Assembly: GCF_036500425.1 (NCBI RefSeq)
Contig: NZ_DASYCB010000077.1
Location: 26,411 to 90,410 of the forward strand
Source of the DNA: Luteibacter sp.
GTDB taxonomy: Bacteria > Pseudomonadota > Gammaproteobacteria > Xanthomonadales > Rhodanobacteraceae
Length of the DNA stretch: 64,000 bases
Direction: 5' to 3'
Position 1 is the stretch's first letter, and the number at the start of each line of letters is the position of its first letter. The notes under the pieces are model-generated. The model saw nothing but the letters and a program-made list of their open reading frames with translations, searched no databases and was not told the origin of the DNA. A program made the translations under genes and the position numbers. Shown here one piece after another: positions 27,985 to 37,505 of this stretch.

Positions 27985-29841
27985 CTACGCCTGGTCCCAA
28001 TCGAAAGGATCGTCAGGGCCGTCGCTCGCTTGGTCCCAGTCGAAGGGATCGTCCGCGCCGTCACTCGCGTGGTCCGTCGAGGTGGAGACGCGTTGCAGTA
28101 GCTCGTCGATGAACGGATCGTCGTCGTAGCCCGTTTGACCTACATCCACTCTTGACGGTGCCGGCGGCAGCCCTGAACGCCATGCCTCGCAAGGCACGAA
28201 CGCCTCTGCCCGCAGCGGGGGGCGCTGACCACTGTTGGCGAGCAGTTTCCCAACGACGCCCTCGATGGCGACCACCACTTCAATATCTGCCGTGCCGTCG
28301 GTGCGACGAGTCACCCGCAGTCCGGTCAGGTCGGAGGTGGTAAGTACTGGGACACGCTCGTATCCCATCGTCTTGCCCTGTACCGCGCCGCCGGTCGCGG
28401 TGTTTGTGATGCGTTTGATTTCGCGGTCGCCGACGGTCTTCACGACCTGCTCCGCAGCCGCCGGCGCGGCGCGCAAGTAGAACCGCGTGGCCTGCATGGA
28501 AAGCATGGGGCCGGCTTTTTCGCGGCCGACGGCAGCCTCAAGCTGCTGCGCATCTTGCAGGCCCAGAACCACACGCACGCCACGTGATCGGCCCACTTCC
28601 TCGATAGTTTGGACACGCTTCAGGGCGTCACCGCCCAGTTGCCGTGCCTCGTCGAGGATCAGCCAGAGTCCCGGGTCGTCGGCCGAGCGCTCTGGCATGG
28701 CCGCCACAATGGTTGCACTGGCAACGGCAAGCATGCTCCCCCAAATTGCCTCGCAGGCCTGCGAATACAGCGCGCTGGAATTCAGAATTACCAGGCGAAT
28801 GTCGGAATGCGCAGTTCCAGAGAGCCATGCCCGAAGCGAGAATCGTGGGCTATCGGGTCGCGCGGCGTCGACCGTACCCAATTGCAAGAGCATGCGGGAG
28901 CTGGTGGCGAGATTGCTGACTACGTTGCGTTCGGCGATGCCCAACTCGCCTTTGCCCGATGTGAACAGGCTGGACATCGTTTGCTTGACGAGTGGGTCAC
29001 CCTCAGCTGCGCGCAGCACCATCGGAACGGGCTCGCTACGTAGGGCGTCGGCAAGTTGTGCCCACGTCCAGCGCTTGCCGCCACGCTGTGAGGCCTTGAT
29101 GAGGCCGCCGAGAATCGTGGCCGCGCCCTGGTAAAAGAAGACGTTCTGGCCAGCGTTGGCCACGTCGCAGACGGCCGCGGCGAATTCGTCCACGAGTGCG
29201 GACGAATCTATGTCGGCCGCACCGTCCCAGAGATGCGATCTCGCGTCCCACGGACCGAGTAGCACGGTGTTTGTTGGGTCATAGTGAGTCGACGCAAAGT
29301 CGCCTTTCGGATCGTGCAGCAGTACGCGGTCGCCGCGTGCGAGCACCTGGTTGAGCAGCGGACGAAGGACGCCAGCTGTCTTGCCGCCTCCGGGCAATCC
29401 CAGGACGAGTGCGTGTTCGGTTTCGCGGCTGCGTGAAAACTCCAGGCCCCCAAAGGTTACGCCGCGTACTGCTTTCGCCCGTTGTTGCGGGGACATACGG
29501 GGTACTTCGATGGCACGCAATGCCCTCGCTGCCGTGCGAGGTTCCGCCGCGTACCGCATACCACGCTGATGCTGCTCTTCTTCTTGCTGCGCCGCAAACC
29601 ACCCGCCAGCCGCAGCAGCGGTGATGCCGCCGAGGCTGACGACTGTGAGCGCCAAGCGTGAACACATATTGGACGTATCGGTCAGCAAGGCCAATGGCCA
29701 CGCAAAATCGACCACTGAAGGCATCGAGGAATGTGTGAGAAGGATTAGCGGCGAGAGCACTGCGACAGCTGTTCCGAGCCCAAGCAGCGCACCGATGAGG
29801 ACTTCCTCGTAGGAGACTTTGAGATGGCGCACGGCGATCAC
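27985..29841 (-). CDS. Type IV coupling protein (TraD/TraG/VirD4 family) with acidic repeat tail
   Basis: 618 aa. N-terminal TM helices, Walker A LGLPGGGKTAG, Walker B LWLILDEARQLG. C-terminal tandem SDG.DDPFDWDQA repeats. ATGA overlap with the upstream AAA+ gene. Confidence 0.85.
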   Translation of the reverse strand: MIAVRHLKVSYEEVLIGALLGLGTAVAVLSPLILLTHSSMPSVVDFAWPLALLTDTSNMCSRLALTVVSLGGITAAAAGGWFAAQQEEEQHQRGMRYAAEPRTAARALRAIEVPRMSPQQRAKAVRGVTFGGLEFSRSRETEHALVLGLPGGGKTAGVLRPLLNQVLARGDRVLLHDPKGDFASTHYDPTNTVLLGPWDARSHLWDGAADIDSSALVDEFAAAVCDVANAGQNVFFYQGAATILGGLIKASQRGGKRWTWAQLADALRSEPVPMVLRAAEGDPLVKQTMSSLFTSGKGELGIAERNVVSNLATSSRMLLQLGTVDAARPDSPRFSLRAWLSGTAHSDIRLVILNSSALYSQACEAIWGSMLAVASATIVAAMPERSADDPGLWLILDEARQLGGDALKRVQTIEEVGRSRGVRVVLGLQDAQQLEAAVGREKAGPMLSMQATRFYLRAAPAAAEQVVKTVGDREIKRITNTATGGAVQGKTMGYERVPVLTTSDLTGLRVTRRTDGTADIEVVVAIEGVVGKLLANSGQRPPLRAEAFVPCEAWRSGLPPAPSRVDVGQTGYDDDPFIDELLQRVSTSTDHASDGADDPFDWDQASDGPDDPFDWDQA

Positions 29842-31193
29842 TCCACGCCCGTGACGACAACGCGATCGCCTTCCACGGCGATGGCTGCTGAGTGATAGCC
29901 CCGGTCGCGGATGTCGAGCAGACCATCGACGACGGCGCCTTCAACAAGTCGCACGACCTCGCGGACACCATATCCCGCGACCTGCTCTCGACGCTGCACT
30001 AGGTCAATAAGCAACGCGGCATCGACACTTTGCAGATCGACTCCAACGTCAGCGGCGAAGGTGAGCAGGTAAAGGCCGACGATTTCGGCAATCGCGCCGC
30101 GTGACAGCTCACCAAACGGCTGCACGGCGTCTACGCGTGCGAGGATTTCAGGACGGAAGCCGGCGGCTTTTAGTTCATCTTTCACGCGGCCGACGCGCTC
30201 TGGGCCGTCCGAGGTGGTGGCCACGACCTGGGCGATGCTGCTGCACGCAGCGTTGCTCGTCATTACGATGACAAAGCCTGTTGCGGAGTACGTTGTACCC
30301 GTGGCCTGCTCGGTAAGGCGTGCCTCGTCGAGCAACGCCATCAGCGTCGTAAGTACATCCGGGTGCGCCTTCTCGATTTCGTCCAGCAGGATCACGCCCG
30401 TTCGGCAGCGGCCAATTTCGCGGCACAACCAGCCCCCGCTATCGCTGCCGATGTATCCAGGTGGGGCGCCAATGAGGCGCTGCGTGCTTTGGGGCTGCGA
30501 TAGCTCGGCGCAATCTACCCGGATCAGGTTACGCCGGAATATCACGTCCGCAATGGCTTTTGACAACTCGGTCTTGCCGGCTCCTGTGGCACCGACAAAG
30601 AGCAGTGTCGCGATGGGCTTATTAGGGCGGCGCAGCCGGGCGCGACGGAAGATCAGCGACGTGGCCGCTTCGACAGCCGCGTCTTGTCCAATGACGCGAA
30701 GACGGATCGCTTCGGTGACCTGTGCGGGGTCAAGCCCTGATAGATCGGGGACCGTGCCGGTGGCGGAAGATTGGTCGGTTCCGGAAAGAAACGAGTCCAA
30801 CTTGTCGCGCTGGCCAGCAGGGATGAGTTCGAGAATGGAACGCATGATATGACCCTCGATGACGAGATAGGCGAGAAGGGAAGTGCTGATTGCGACGGAG
30901 CCCAGCGTGAGTGCGGCGCTGGTTTCGCCGGCCTTGGCGTTGGTGATTGCCCACCAACCAGCGGAGCCGGCGACAGCGAGCAAGGCTGTGAGCCACGCAC
31001 CGCGAGAACGCAGGAAGTGGCTTAGTGGCAGGCGGTTCTTCCGCATCGCCCACGCTGTGCCAGCAACAGCGACTGGCAGTGCTGGGAGCATTGCGGGCAG
31101 CACGGCCATGACCGCAAGAAGAACCAGGAGGCCAAGCCCGATGGCGTAGACCGGACTGGCCGAGTGCGCCCGCCGGAATACTTCGGCGATCAT
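29838..31193 (-). CDS. Membrane-anchored AAA+ ATPase with ClpA/ClpB D2-like domain
   Basis: 451 aa. ~4 N-terminal TM helices, then LLFVGATGAGKTEL ... IGAPPGYIGSDSGG ... VILLDEIEKAHPDVLTTLMALLDEARL ... VIVMTSNA. Confidence 0.85.
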   Translation of the reverse strand: MIAEVFRRAHSASPVYAIGLGLLVLLAVMAVLPAMLPALPVAVAGTAWAMRKNRLPLSHFLRSRGAWLTALLAVAGSAGWWAITNAKAGETSAALTLGSVAISTSLLAYLVIEGHIMRSILELIPAGQRDKLDSFLSGTDQSSATGTVPDLSGLDPAQVTEAIRLRVIGQDAAVEAATSLIFRRARLRRPNKPIATLLFVGATGAGKTELSKAIADVIFRRNLIRVDCAELSQPQSTQRLIGAPPGYIGSDSGGWLCREIGRCRTGVILLDEIEKAHPDVLTTLMALLDEARLTEQATGTTYSATGFVIVMTSNAACSSIAQVVATTSDGPERVGRVKDELKAAGFRPEILARVDAVQPFGELSRGAIAEIVGLYLLTFAADVGVDLQSVDAALLIDLVQRREQVAGYGVREVVRLVEGAVVDGLLDIRDRGYHSAAIAVEGDRVVVTGVE

Positions 31194-32062
31194 TGTGACA
31201 CCTGGAATGGGGTGTCATTGGACACCGGCGTGAACGGGACGATGGCGATGGGCACTGGATCGGCAGGGCCGCGCAAGTAGAGGTCGGCTCCGGTCGGCTC
31301 ATCGACCGCCTTCTGAACGATCTGTACCGTGATTTGATGCCAGCCAGCGGCCAGATTGGTGTTGGCGACGCTGATGGTGTCCTGGTCACATGTGCTGAAA
31401 CATGCCGCGCGTGCCGCATCAATTGCCGGTGATGCGGCGGCATCTATTGTCACCTTCGCACTGCGTGCCGGTCCTTCGATCTGGCGAAACACGAGGGTCT
31501 GCTTACCGGACCTCTCAACGTGTGCCCACATAGTCCAGGTATTGCTGACGAAGCCGCCACTCGGCACAAGTGACTGCACGTTTTTGCCCGCCTCGGTTGT
31601 CCAACTCGCGGTCGGGGTGTGTTCGATTAGCTCTGCGATGGGTATCCAATCCGTTGGCCAGGGCACCGAGTAGTTTGCCGGCGATGGTGCACCCGAAAGT
31701 GTGTGCGTGCTCGTGCCTCGCACTAGATTTGCGGGCGCGGGCTGGGCGGGCAGCATCAGGGATGCCGGGGTGATAGCTGCCAATGCGGCGCCTGTGGTCG
31801 ACGCGGGTACCGTTGCTGGTGTCGGTACACCCCCGGACCGCGCGATCGCCGCCTCGGCTGCGCCTGCGGCGTTGGCCGCCAGCGGCGCAGCCGCGGGCAT
31901 TAGGTGCGCAGCCGGGTCGACAGGTGGGGTCCGCGGACCGGTGGCGCGCATATGGGAGAAGAGCAGAAGTACAACGATGAGCGTGATGAACCCCGCAGCG
32001 CCGAAGCGCAGCGGCGATGGGATGGCGCGCAGATGGGTCCTGATCTGATTGAGGGTAAACAT
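31190..32062 (-). CDS. Hypothetical membrane-anchored/periplasmic protein
   Basis: Trimmed to ATG 32062 (MFTLNQIRTHLRAIPSPLRFGAAGFITLIVVLLLF...). Ala/Pro-rich linker and a beta-rich C-terminal domain. ATGA overlap with the AAA+ gene. Confidence 0.6.
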   Translation of the reverse strand: MFTLNQIRTHLRAIPSPLRFGAAGFITLIVVLLLFSHMRATGPRTPPVDPAAHLMPAAAPLAANAAGAAEAAIARSGGVPTPATVPASTTGAALAAITPASLMLPAQPAPANLVRGTSTHTLSGAPSPANYSVPWPTDWIPIAELIEHTPTASWTTEAGKNVQSLVPSGGFVSNTWTMWAHVERSGKQTLVFRQIEGPARSAKVTIDAAASPAIDAARAACFSTCDQDTISVANTNLAAGWHQITVQIVQKAVDEPTGADLYLRGPADPVPIAIVPFTPVSNDTPFQVSQ

Positions 32063-32141
32063 TGGGCATTCCTCGATGGAGTGAATTCGGGTGGCGCGTA
32101 GCAATGCAGCTGCTTTACGCAGGTTTCTGGGCAGCAGGCAG

Positions 32142-35120
32142 TCAGCCCCAGAACGGACTGTCCTCATGGGAGGGTTCGTGTCCGGGTCCGGATGCAGCCA
32201 CCGTCGCAGACGTGTTTGTGGGTCCCGGGTGTTGTTCGGGAGGCAACGTTAGGGGTTCCTGCGCCGGCGCCGGCGAGCCAACGATCGTCGGGAGGGCTTC
32301 CGGCGGCGCGATTGTCGGCCCCGGGGCAGCCGTAGCCGCTAGCTCAGGCCGCAATTGGGTAAGCGTTTGCGATTCGTAGTACTTACAAAGCTTGCCTAGC
32401 TCATACGGGGCGGTGACGGCTCGCTCGCCCGGGCGCTCTAGCGCGGTCGCCTTCTGACCGGTGTTGCGCTCCAGGGTGGCAACCAGTGCCTCCCGGTTAT
32501 CGGACACGACCGTGAATTGCTCACGGGCTCGTGAGAGCGCCACGTAAAGCTGCTTCAGCGACGCGAGGTTCTCGCGCGTGCTTTCGGCGTGTGCGATAGC
32601 GCGCTTATAATCCTGTCCCTGGGCCTGATGAACGGTTTGCGCGTAAGCATGATCGACGCGTTGCGCGTGCCGCCCGATGGCAAGTTCATTGCCTTCGCGG
32701 TCACGGACGATGACCGAGCGGTCGTTGACCGAAACAACGTCTAGCGGCGTGCCATTCTTGATTTTTGCAGCATCCCCCCCGCGCAACTCTTGAGCTTCCA
32801 GTGTTCCTTTGGCGACGAGCTTGTCACCCACTGCAACGGCCAGTGTGCGTTTGCCTTCGAACACCTCAATGCTGGTGGTCTTGCGTGGGTCGAAACGCCA
32901 CGTGTGGCCGTCGGCAAGCTTCACTACGACCTTGCCCTTTTTTACGCCCACTACTTCGCCACGCTCACCCTTGTCGGGCCCGAGCGCGTACCGTCTGCCT
33001 GCTTCGACGAGCCAACCCGGCTGGTATCGTGCGGCTTGCTTCAGTTCTGTCCTGGTGAGATCAGGCTTTTTCAAGGCCTCAATGGTTGTCTCGCGGCCAA
33101 GTTCACCGCGCGCACGACGTGCGGCGCGAATCGCATCGTTGATCTGTTCGCGGTCGTCTTTGCCGGGCGCAAGAACAAGTGTTTCTTTACGTTCCTTGAC
33201 GGTATGGGCCATGTATTGGCGCGTAATTTCTCTGACTCGCTCCGACCGCGTTTTAGCCTCCACCACCGGTACCTTCGACAGCGCTGCGCGTACCTCACCG
33301 CGGAGCGAGTCATAGACGGCACTGCGCAACAGCTCGTCGCGTTGCCGCTTGATGTCGGTCAAGTCAACGCTGCCCAGTTTCTCGCGCAGCTGCTCGAACG
33401 CCTCGCCGGCTTCAACGCTGCCGAGCTGCTTGGTGTCGCCCGCTAGTAGGACGGTGGCGCGCTCGTGCTCGGCCTTCTCCAGTAGGCGCTGCATGTCGCG
33501 AGCGGAAATCAGGCCTGCCTCGTCGACGATCCAGAGCTCGCGCTTATCAGATGGCTTACTTCCCTTGGAATGCGATTCCCGCATGAGGTGGCTAGCCACC
33601 GTGGCGTGGGAGGACTTGATCGAGTCGCCCAGCTTCTGGGCTGCGTCGTTCGTCGGCGCCAACGCACGAACCGCGTAGCCCTTCTGATCAGCGGTGGCCT
33701 GCACGCAGGCTAGGACGCTGGAGGTCTTCGCCGTCCCCGCGTGACCATGGAGAATGTGGATGCTCTTTGCGCTGGTCAGAATGGATGTGGTAGCAGCTCG
33801 CTGCTCGGGCGTGAACGTTCGCCCGCCTATCTGCTCCTGCTTTCGGATTGCTGCGTCGGCGAAGCGCTGTTGGGCTCCGCTCGTCGCGTTGACCGGGCCG
33901 ATACCAGCCTTGCGATTTTGCAGCACCTGCGCAGCCCGGAACATCCCCGTTTCGCGGTCGATGCCGGCACGAGTCGTGAAGCCGGTCGTGGCTTCACGCC
34001 GGCCGCCGGCCGCACGTTCATGCACGTCGCGGTGCTGCAACTCGCCTTTTTCGGCAAGTTCGAAGATGGCTTCCCGGATCTGGGCGCCGCTCGCGCGGCC
34101 CTCAGCGAAAAGGCGTGCTTCATGTTCAAGCGTCCGCGCTGAGAAGCGGGCGTCGCGCTCGCCAAGATGCCCCGCCGCCTGTCGCACGGCGGCTATCGCT
34201 TCCTTTGCGGGGTCGCGAAGGGGCAGCAGGGGGAGCGGGCGCTGCGTTGGCTCGTAACCGCCAGCGCGGGCTTGGTCGCGCCAGTGCGCCCGCAACTCAG
34301 TGTGGTCGGCTGGCTTTTTGTCCGAGCGGGTTTGCAGCGCGGCCTCCTGCTTCTGCGCTGCCGTCGCCGTCTTACGGGTCAGGCCACGGTCGGCTAGACG
34401 TGCCTCGACCTGCTGTGCCCGGGAGGAAAACTGGTCGCGGATGCCTTGGGGTACGTCGCCCAATTCCATCTGCGGGTAGCCCTGGGCATCAATGCGGAAC
34501 TGGACGGCGTATCCAAGGCGCCTTGCTTCGGCGGCAAGCTCGGTCGTATAGATCGCGCCCGCCTCGGCTTGCGAGCGGTACAGCTCGCGGCTGTCGAGTG
34601 CTCTCCATTCACCGGTGGCCGGATCCCGAGTGGTATTGGCGATCACTGTATGCGTGTGCAACTGGGGGTCTTGCTCCCGGCTCGTCGTATGGCGGAAGGT
34701 CGCGGCCACCATGCCGGCGCCGTGACGCCATTCGTAGCCCTCCCCATTCATCCCGCGCTGACGAGTAACGATTGCATGTCTCTCGACGTGTTCGAGCGCG
34801 CGCGCGACAGCGCGCTCATGCGCTGCGATAAGGCGATCGTCCCCGCCCACCAGCGCGAGCACGCTTACGGATTTGGGTGCAGAAAAGGTGATGTCCCAGC
34901 CCGGTGTATGCCTGCCAGCCTTGCCGCCACCGTTGGATAGAAGCTCGGCGAAAGCCCTCGCTTGGCGCTGGCTGGTCAGTGCACCAGAAAGGCCACGTTC
35001 GGCTGCACCACGCCCGGCGAACGCAGCAGGTGCGCCGCCCCCTTCACGGTAGTAATCGTCCTTCTCGCTGTAATAGCCCAGTGCAGCTCCGGCGTTGGCG
35101 ATCTTGGACACGGTAATCAT
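32142..35120 (-). CDS. Conjugative relaxase/helicase (TrwC/TraI-type, MOBF-like)
   Basis: 992 aa. N-terminus MITVSKIANAGAALGYYSEKDDYY, His triad HTTSREQDPQLHTHTVIAN, P-loop helicase ILHGHAGTAKTS, and a C-terminal UvrD-like region (VHQAQGQDYKRAI). Confidence 0.92.
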   Translation of the reverse strand: MITVSKIANAGAALGYYSEKDDYYREGGGAPAAFAGRGAAERGLSGALTSQRQARAFAELLSNGGGKAGRHTPGWDITFSAPKSVSVLALVGGDDRLIAAHERAVARALEHVERHAIVTRQRGMNGEGYEWRHGAGMVAATFRHTTSREQDPQLHTHTVIANTTRDPATGEWRALDSRELYRSQAEAGAIYTTELAAEARRLGYAVQFRIDAQGYPQMELGDVPQGIRDQFSSRAQQVEARLADRGLTRKTATAAQKQEAALQTRSDKKPADHTELRAHWRDQARAGGYEPTQRPLPLLPLRDPAKEAIAAVRQAAGHLGERDARFSARTLEHEARLFAEGRASGAQIREAIFELAEKGELQHRDVHERAAGGRREATTGFTTRAGIDRETGMFRAAQVLQNRKAGIGPVNATSGAQQRFADAAIRKQEQIGGRTFTPEQRAATTSILTSAKSIHILHGHAGTAKTSSVLACVQATADQKGYAVRALAPTNDAAQKLGDSIKSSHATVASHLMRESHSKGSKPSDKRELWIVDEAGLISARDMQRLLEKAEHERATVLLAGDTKQLGSVEAGEAFEQLREKLGSVDLTDIKRQRDELLRSAVYDSLRGEVRAALSKVPVVEAKTRSERVREITRQYMAHTVKERKETLVLAPGKDDREQINDAIRAARRARGELGRETTIEALKKPDLTRTELKQAARYQPGWLVEAGRRYALGPDKGERGEVVGVKKGKVVVKLADGHTWRFDPRKTTSIEVFEGKRTLAVAVGDKLVAKGTLEAQELRGGDAAKIKNGTPLDVVSVNDRSVIVRDREGNELAIGRHAQRVDHAYAQTVHQAQGQDYKRAIAHAESTRENLASLKQLYVALSRAREQFTVVSDNREALVATLERNTGQKATALERPGERAVTAPYELGKLCKYYESQTLTQLRPELAATAAPGPTIAPPEALPTIVGSPAPAQEPLTLPPEQHPGPTNTSATVAASGPGHEPSHEDSPFWG

Positions 35121-35536
35121 GGCGCCACCGAGGCGCCGTTTTTGGACGCACGTGCCAAGGCGGCCCGACGGACCTCGTGGTCGATGAACTGTGACAGCTG
35201 CTCCTTGGTCGGGCGCGCCTCCATCGCCGTGCTGAGGTCTACAAGACCCGATGACAGCGTCGCCAGGTCCGAGGCTAGGCGGTCACCCAGCTGGGCGATA
35301 GCGGCGCCGATGGCGACCTCGACGACGTTATGCAGCTGGCGTTCGATCTGGGTGGCGAGCGCTTCGACGTCACGCTGCTGGCGTACCAGGCTTAGAAAAT
35401 ATGCTGCGGGCGTAGTGGCACCAGCAGTCTTCGTGGCCTGCTGGATTTCTGCCACCTCGCGGGCAGCAAGGCGAAGGTGGAGGCGCCCGCGCGGTGACTT
35501 GGCGCGGGAATTATTAGCGGGCATGAAACGCTCCAA
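35117..35536 (-). CDS. mobC: MobC-like relaxosome accessory protein (ribbon-helix-helix)
   Basis: 139 aa. GRLHLRLAAREVAEIQQATKTAGATTPAAYFLSLV pattern. 4-nt overlap with the relaxase start. Confidence 0.7.
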   Translation of the reverse strand: MERFMPANNSRAKSPRGRLHLRLAAREVAEIQQATKTAGATTPAAYFLSLVRQQRDVEALATQIERQLHNVVEVAIGAAIAQLGDRLASDLATLSSGLVDLSTAMEARPTKEQLSQFIDHEVRRAALARASKNGASVAP

Positions 35537-35615
35537 ATCCGCGCCTCAATGGCACGGTTCTGGAGGGATGCGGGGGCGTTGCGCACATTTAGCTGACGCC
35601 GGTTCCCAAGTTTTT

Positions 35616-35736
35616 CGTGGCGCCATCCGCAAAGTGTGCGAATACGTGGCGCCGCGCTCTTTAGGTGACGGTCGCCCGGCCGCCTACAGCAACGGATTGC
35701 ACTGGCGACATTGGTGGCACCTATGGACGTGGCGCC
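35616..35736. promoter_or_regulatory. Candidate oriT / relaxosome binding region: iterated CGTGGCGCC motif
   Basis: Exact 9-mers at 35616-35624, 35645-35653 and 35728-35736, plus the variant GGTGGCACC at 35713-35721. Lies 80-200 nt upstream of mobC. Confidence 0.4.
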
Positions 35737-36331
35737 GGTGTATGGAACAGCGAGGTGTGACGCCGATGCTGGCACCGCTCCTGAACTAGGTGCAGCAACG
35801 GTTTACGGGCGTTGGCGGTGGTTCTTGGTGCCGCAGGCGTGCATGGTGTGTGAGCTTCAAGGGGCGGAGCCACTTGGAGCGCATGAGGGCGCGTGCGCCC
35901 GACCAAAATGGGCGCCCACCAAAGGTGGGCCATGGGTATTCGACGACGCTAGACGAGACGTCCGGGTTTCGCGGTTGGTCGGCGATCAGGAACTGCCGCC
36001 GTGCTGGTGACGATTAAATCCGAGCAAGCAAGGTGAGAATTGTTGCCGGTATAACCGCGAATTTTCGTGGACGATCGGTCTTGCTCGGCGGCCACGCAGT
36101 AGCCGCCGCTCTGGCCAGGAAGCGCCCGTCCAATGAACGTGGTGATGCGGCTCGGCGTGCTCGGTCGAGAAGCGGGGTGTCGGTCGGTACACGGTTGGTG
36201 AGTCGGGCGAACATCGCTCTCGACCTGACCATCCAGACGTTCGATGGCGTAGTCGCACGCGCTCTGAAAACGAGTACGGTGACGTCGTTTCTGGCGCCGA
36301 ATTGACGGCACCTATAAGCGATAAATTTATA

Positions 36332-36385
36332 CTATGTAGTATGTACTACATAGTACGTACTACATACTCTATGCCATGTACTACA
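36332..36385. repeat. Cluster of GTACTACA(T) motifs in an AT-rich patch (inverted pair plus two direct copies)
   Basis: ctatgtagta-tg-tactacatag (36332-36353), gtactacata (36357-36366), gtactaca (36378-36385). Confidence 0.8.
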
Positions 36386-36570
36386 AGACGGTGTTTTGGG
36401 GACTAAAACTCTCGTTAGCTGCTGACAGGAATTACGAGTCAGTGAGTATCGCTGATCGTCATCGCGAAGATGTGTTTTGAATAAGTGCCATAGAAAGCAC
36501 ATCAAAAATAACCAGAGAAAACGGACGAAGAAAATATTGTTTTTTCGGCGCATTGAGGTACAGTTTTGGC

Positions 36571-37080
36571 ATGCTCTCGACGCGTAACGAAATCAGAAAT
36601 GCCGCACTTGCTTCATCGCGGGCGGCTCTTCGTGCACGTGGGACATGGCGGAGACGCTTGCTTGCCACTGCTCGTGATGTAAGTGCCATCGCCGCAATTT
36701 GGACGGGGGTAATTTGCGCACGCGTTTTGCCCGGGGCCTTTCAAGCCTTAGCTCTTGTCGGAGCCATCGCGATGATCACGGTTTTGGTCGCGCCTGGCGT
36801 GACGCGTCGTCGCGTCGTCGCGAGCGTCGGCGGCTGGCTGTGTGCGAAACTCGGATTGGATGCGTCGTCTATGGCTCGCGCCCGACGTTCGCAAACCGCG
36901 AGCTCGCGCGCGCAGGGTGCATGTGAGGTTTTCTCCCGTATTGCATTTTCGCTAGCGGTCGACGTGACGCAGCGAGTGTCCGCAATTCGTCTTTCGACGG
37001 TGGGCGCGATTTCGACTACCACCCAACCTCGTGTCGCTACCACGCTTGTGGTTGGTTTCGCTGTGCCTTGCGCAGCGTAA
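36571..37080 (+). CDS. Hypothetical membrane protein (weak)
   Basis: ATG 36571. 169 aa with two adjacent TM helices (AIAAIWTGVICARVL, ALALVGAIAMITVLVAPGV). Atypical codon usage and no family resemblance. Confidence 0.3.
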   Translation: MLSTRNEIRNAALASSRAALRARGTWRRRLLATARDVSAIAAIWTGVICARVLPGAFQALALVGAIAMITVLVAPGVTRRRVVASVGGWLCAKLGLDASSMARARRSQTASSRAQGACEVFSRIAFSLAVDVTQRVSAIRLSTVGAISTTTQPRVATTLVVGFAVPCAA

Positions 37081-37172
37081 ACCAGTAGATCCCATTCTCT
37101 GGCCGCTGCGCGTGATGCGCCGCGGCCTTTTTGCGAGCGCTCCGCGCGGCGGCCTCCAAGCGAGGCCAGACC

Positions 37173-37505
37173 ATGCATGTTACGTCGACCCCGGCGCCGG
37201 CGCGCCGCCTAGTTACACCGGCCGAGGCGCTGCACGCGCCCGAGTTCCTTGGCCTTCCGGCTCCCGGAAATCCAGAGAAAGCCGCTGCTCTTCGAATTGC
37301 TCGCCACCGCTTTCCGCTGCCAGTAGTAAAGGTAAACGGTCGGAACATGGTGCTCGTAGAGGACATCCACCGTTTTATCGATTCGCTACGTTCCGACGAT
37401 CCTCTCCCGGTCCAGGCGCCACGTCGTCGCCGCGGGCGCCCCACCAATGCGGAAGTCGCGGCGCGGCGTGCTGCGGAGCGAACAGGGGAGCTGCGTCATG
37501 GCTGA
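37173..37505 (+). CDS. AlpA/excisionase-like HTH DNA-binding protein
   Basis: ATG 37173. LVTPAEALHAPEFLGL...RIARHRFPLPVVKVNGRNMVLVEDIHRFIDSL resembles the AlpA/Xis (HTH_17) pattern. Basic C-terminal tail. Confidence 0.55.
   Translation: MHVTSTPAPARRLVTPAEALHAPEFLGLPAPGNPEKAAALRIARHRFPLPVVKVNGRNMVLVEDIHRFIDSLRSDDPLPVQAPRRRRGRPTNAEVAARRAAERTGELRHG

Noticed and set aside
27985-29841. The island T4CP as the missing virD4 of the X-T4SS.
   Set aside because: It lies inside the att-bounded IME and is translationally chained to the IME's own relaxase-associated genes. It is more parsimoniously the element's own coupling protein.
35711-36311. Several 70-120-aa ORFs on both strands upstream of mobC.
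   Set aside because: They are mutually overlapping, Arg/Gly-rich and lack RBSs. The region is better interpreted as oriT/promoter DNA.
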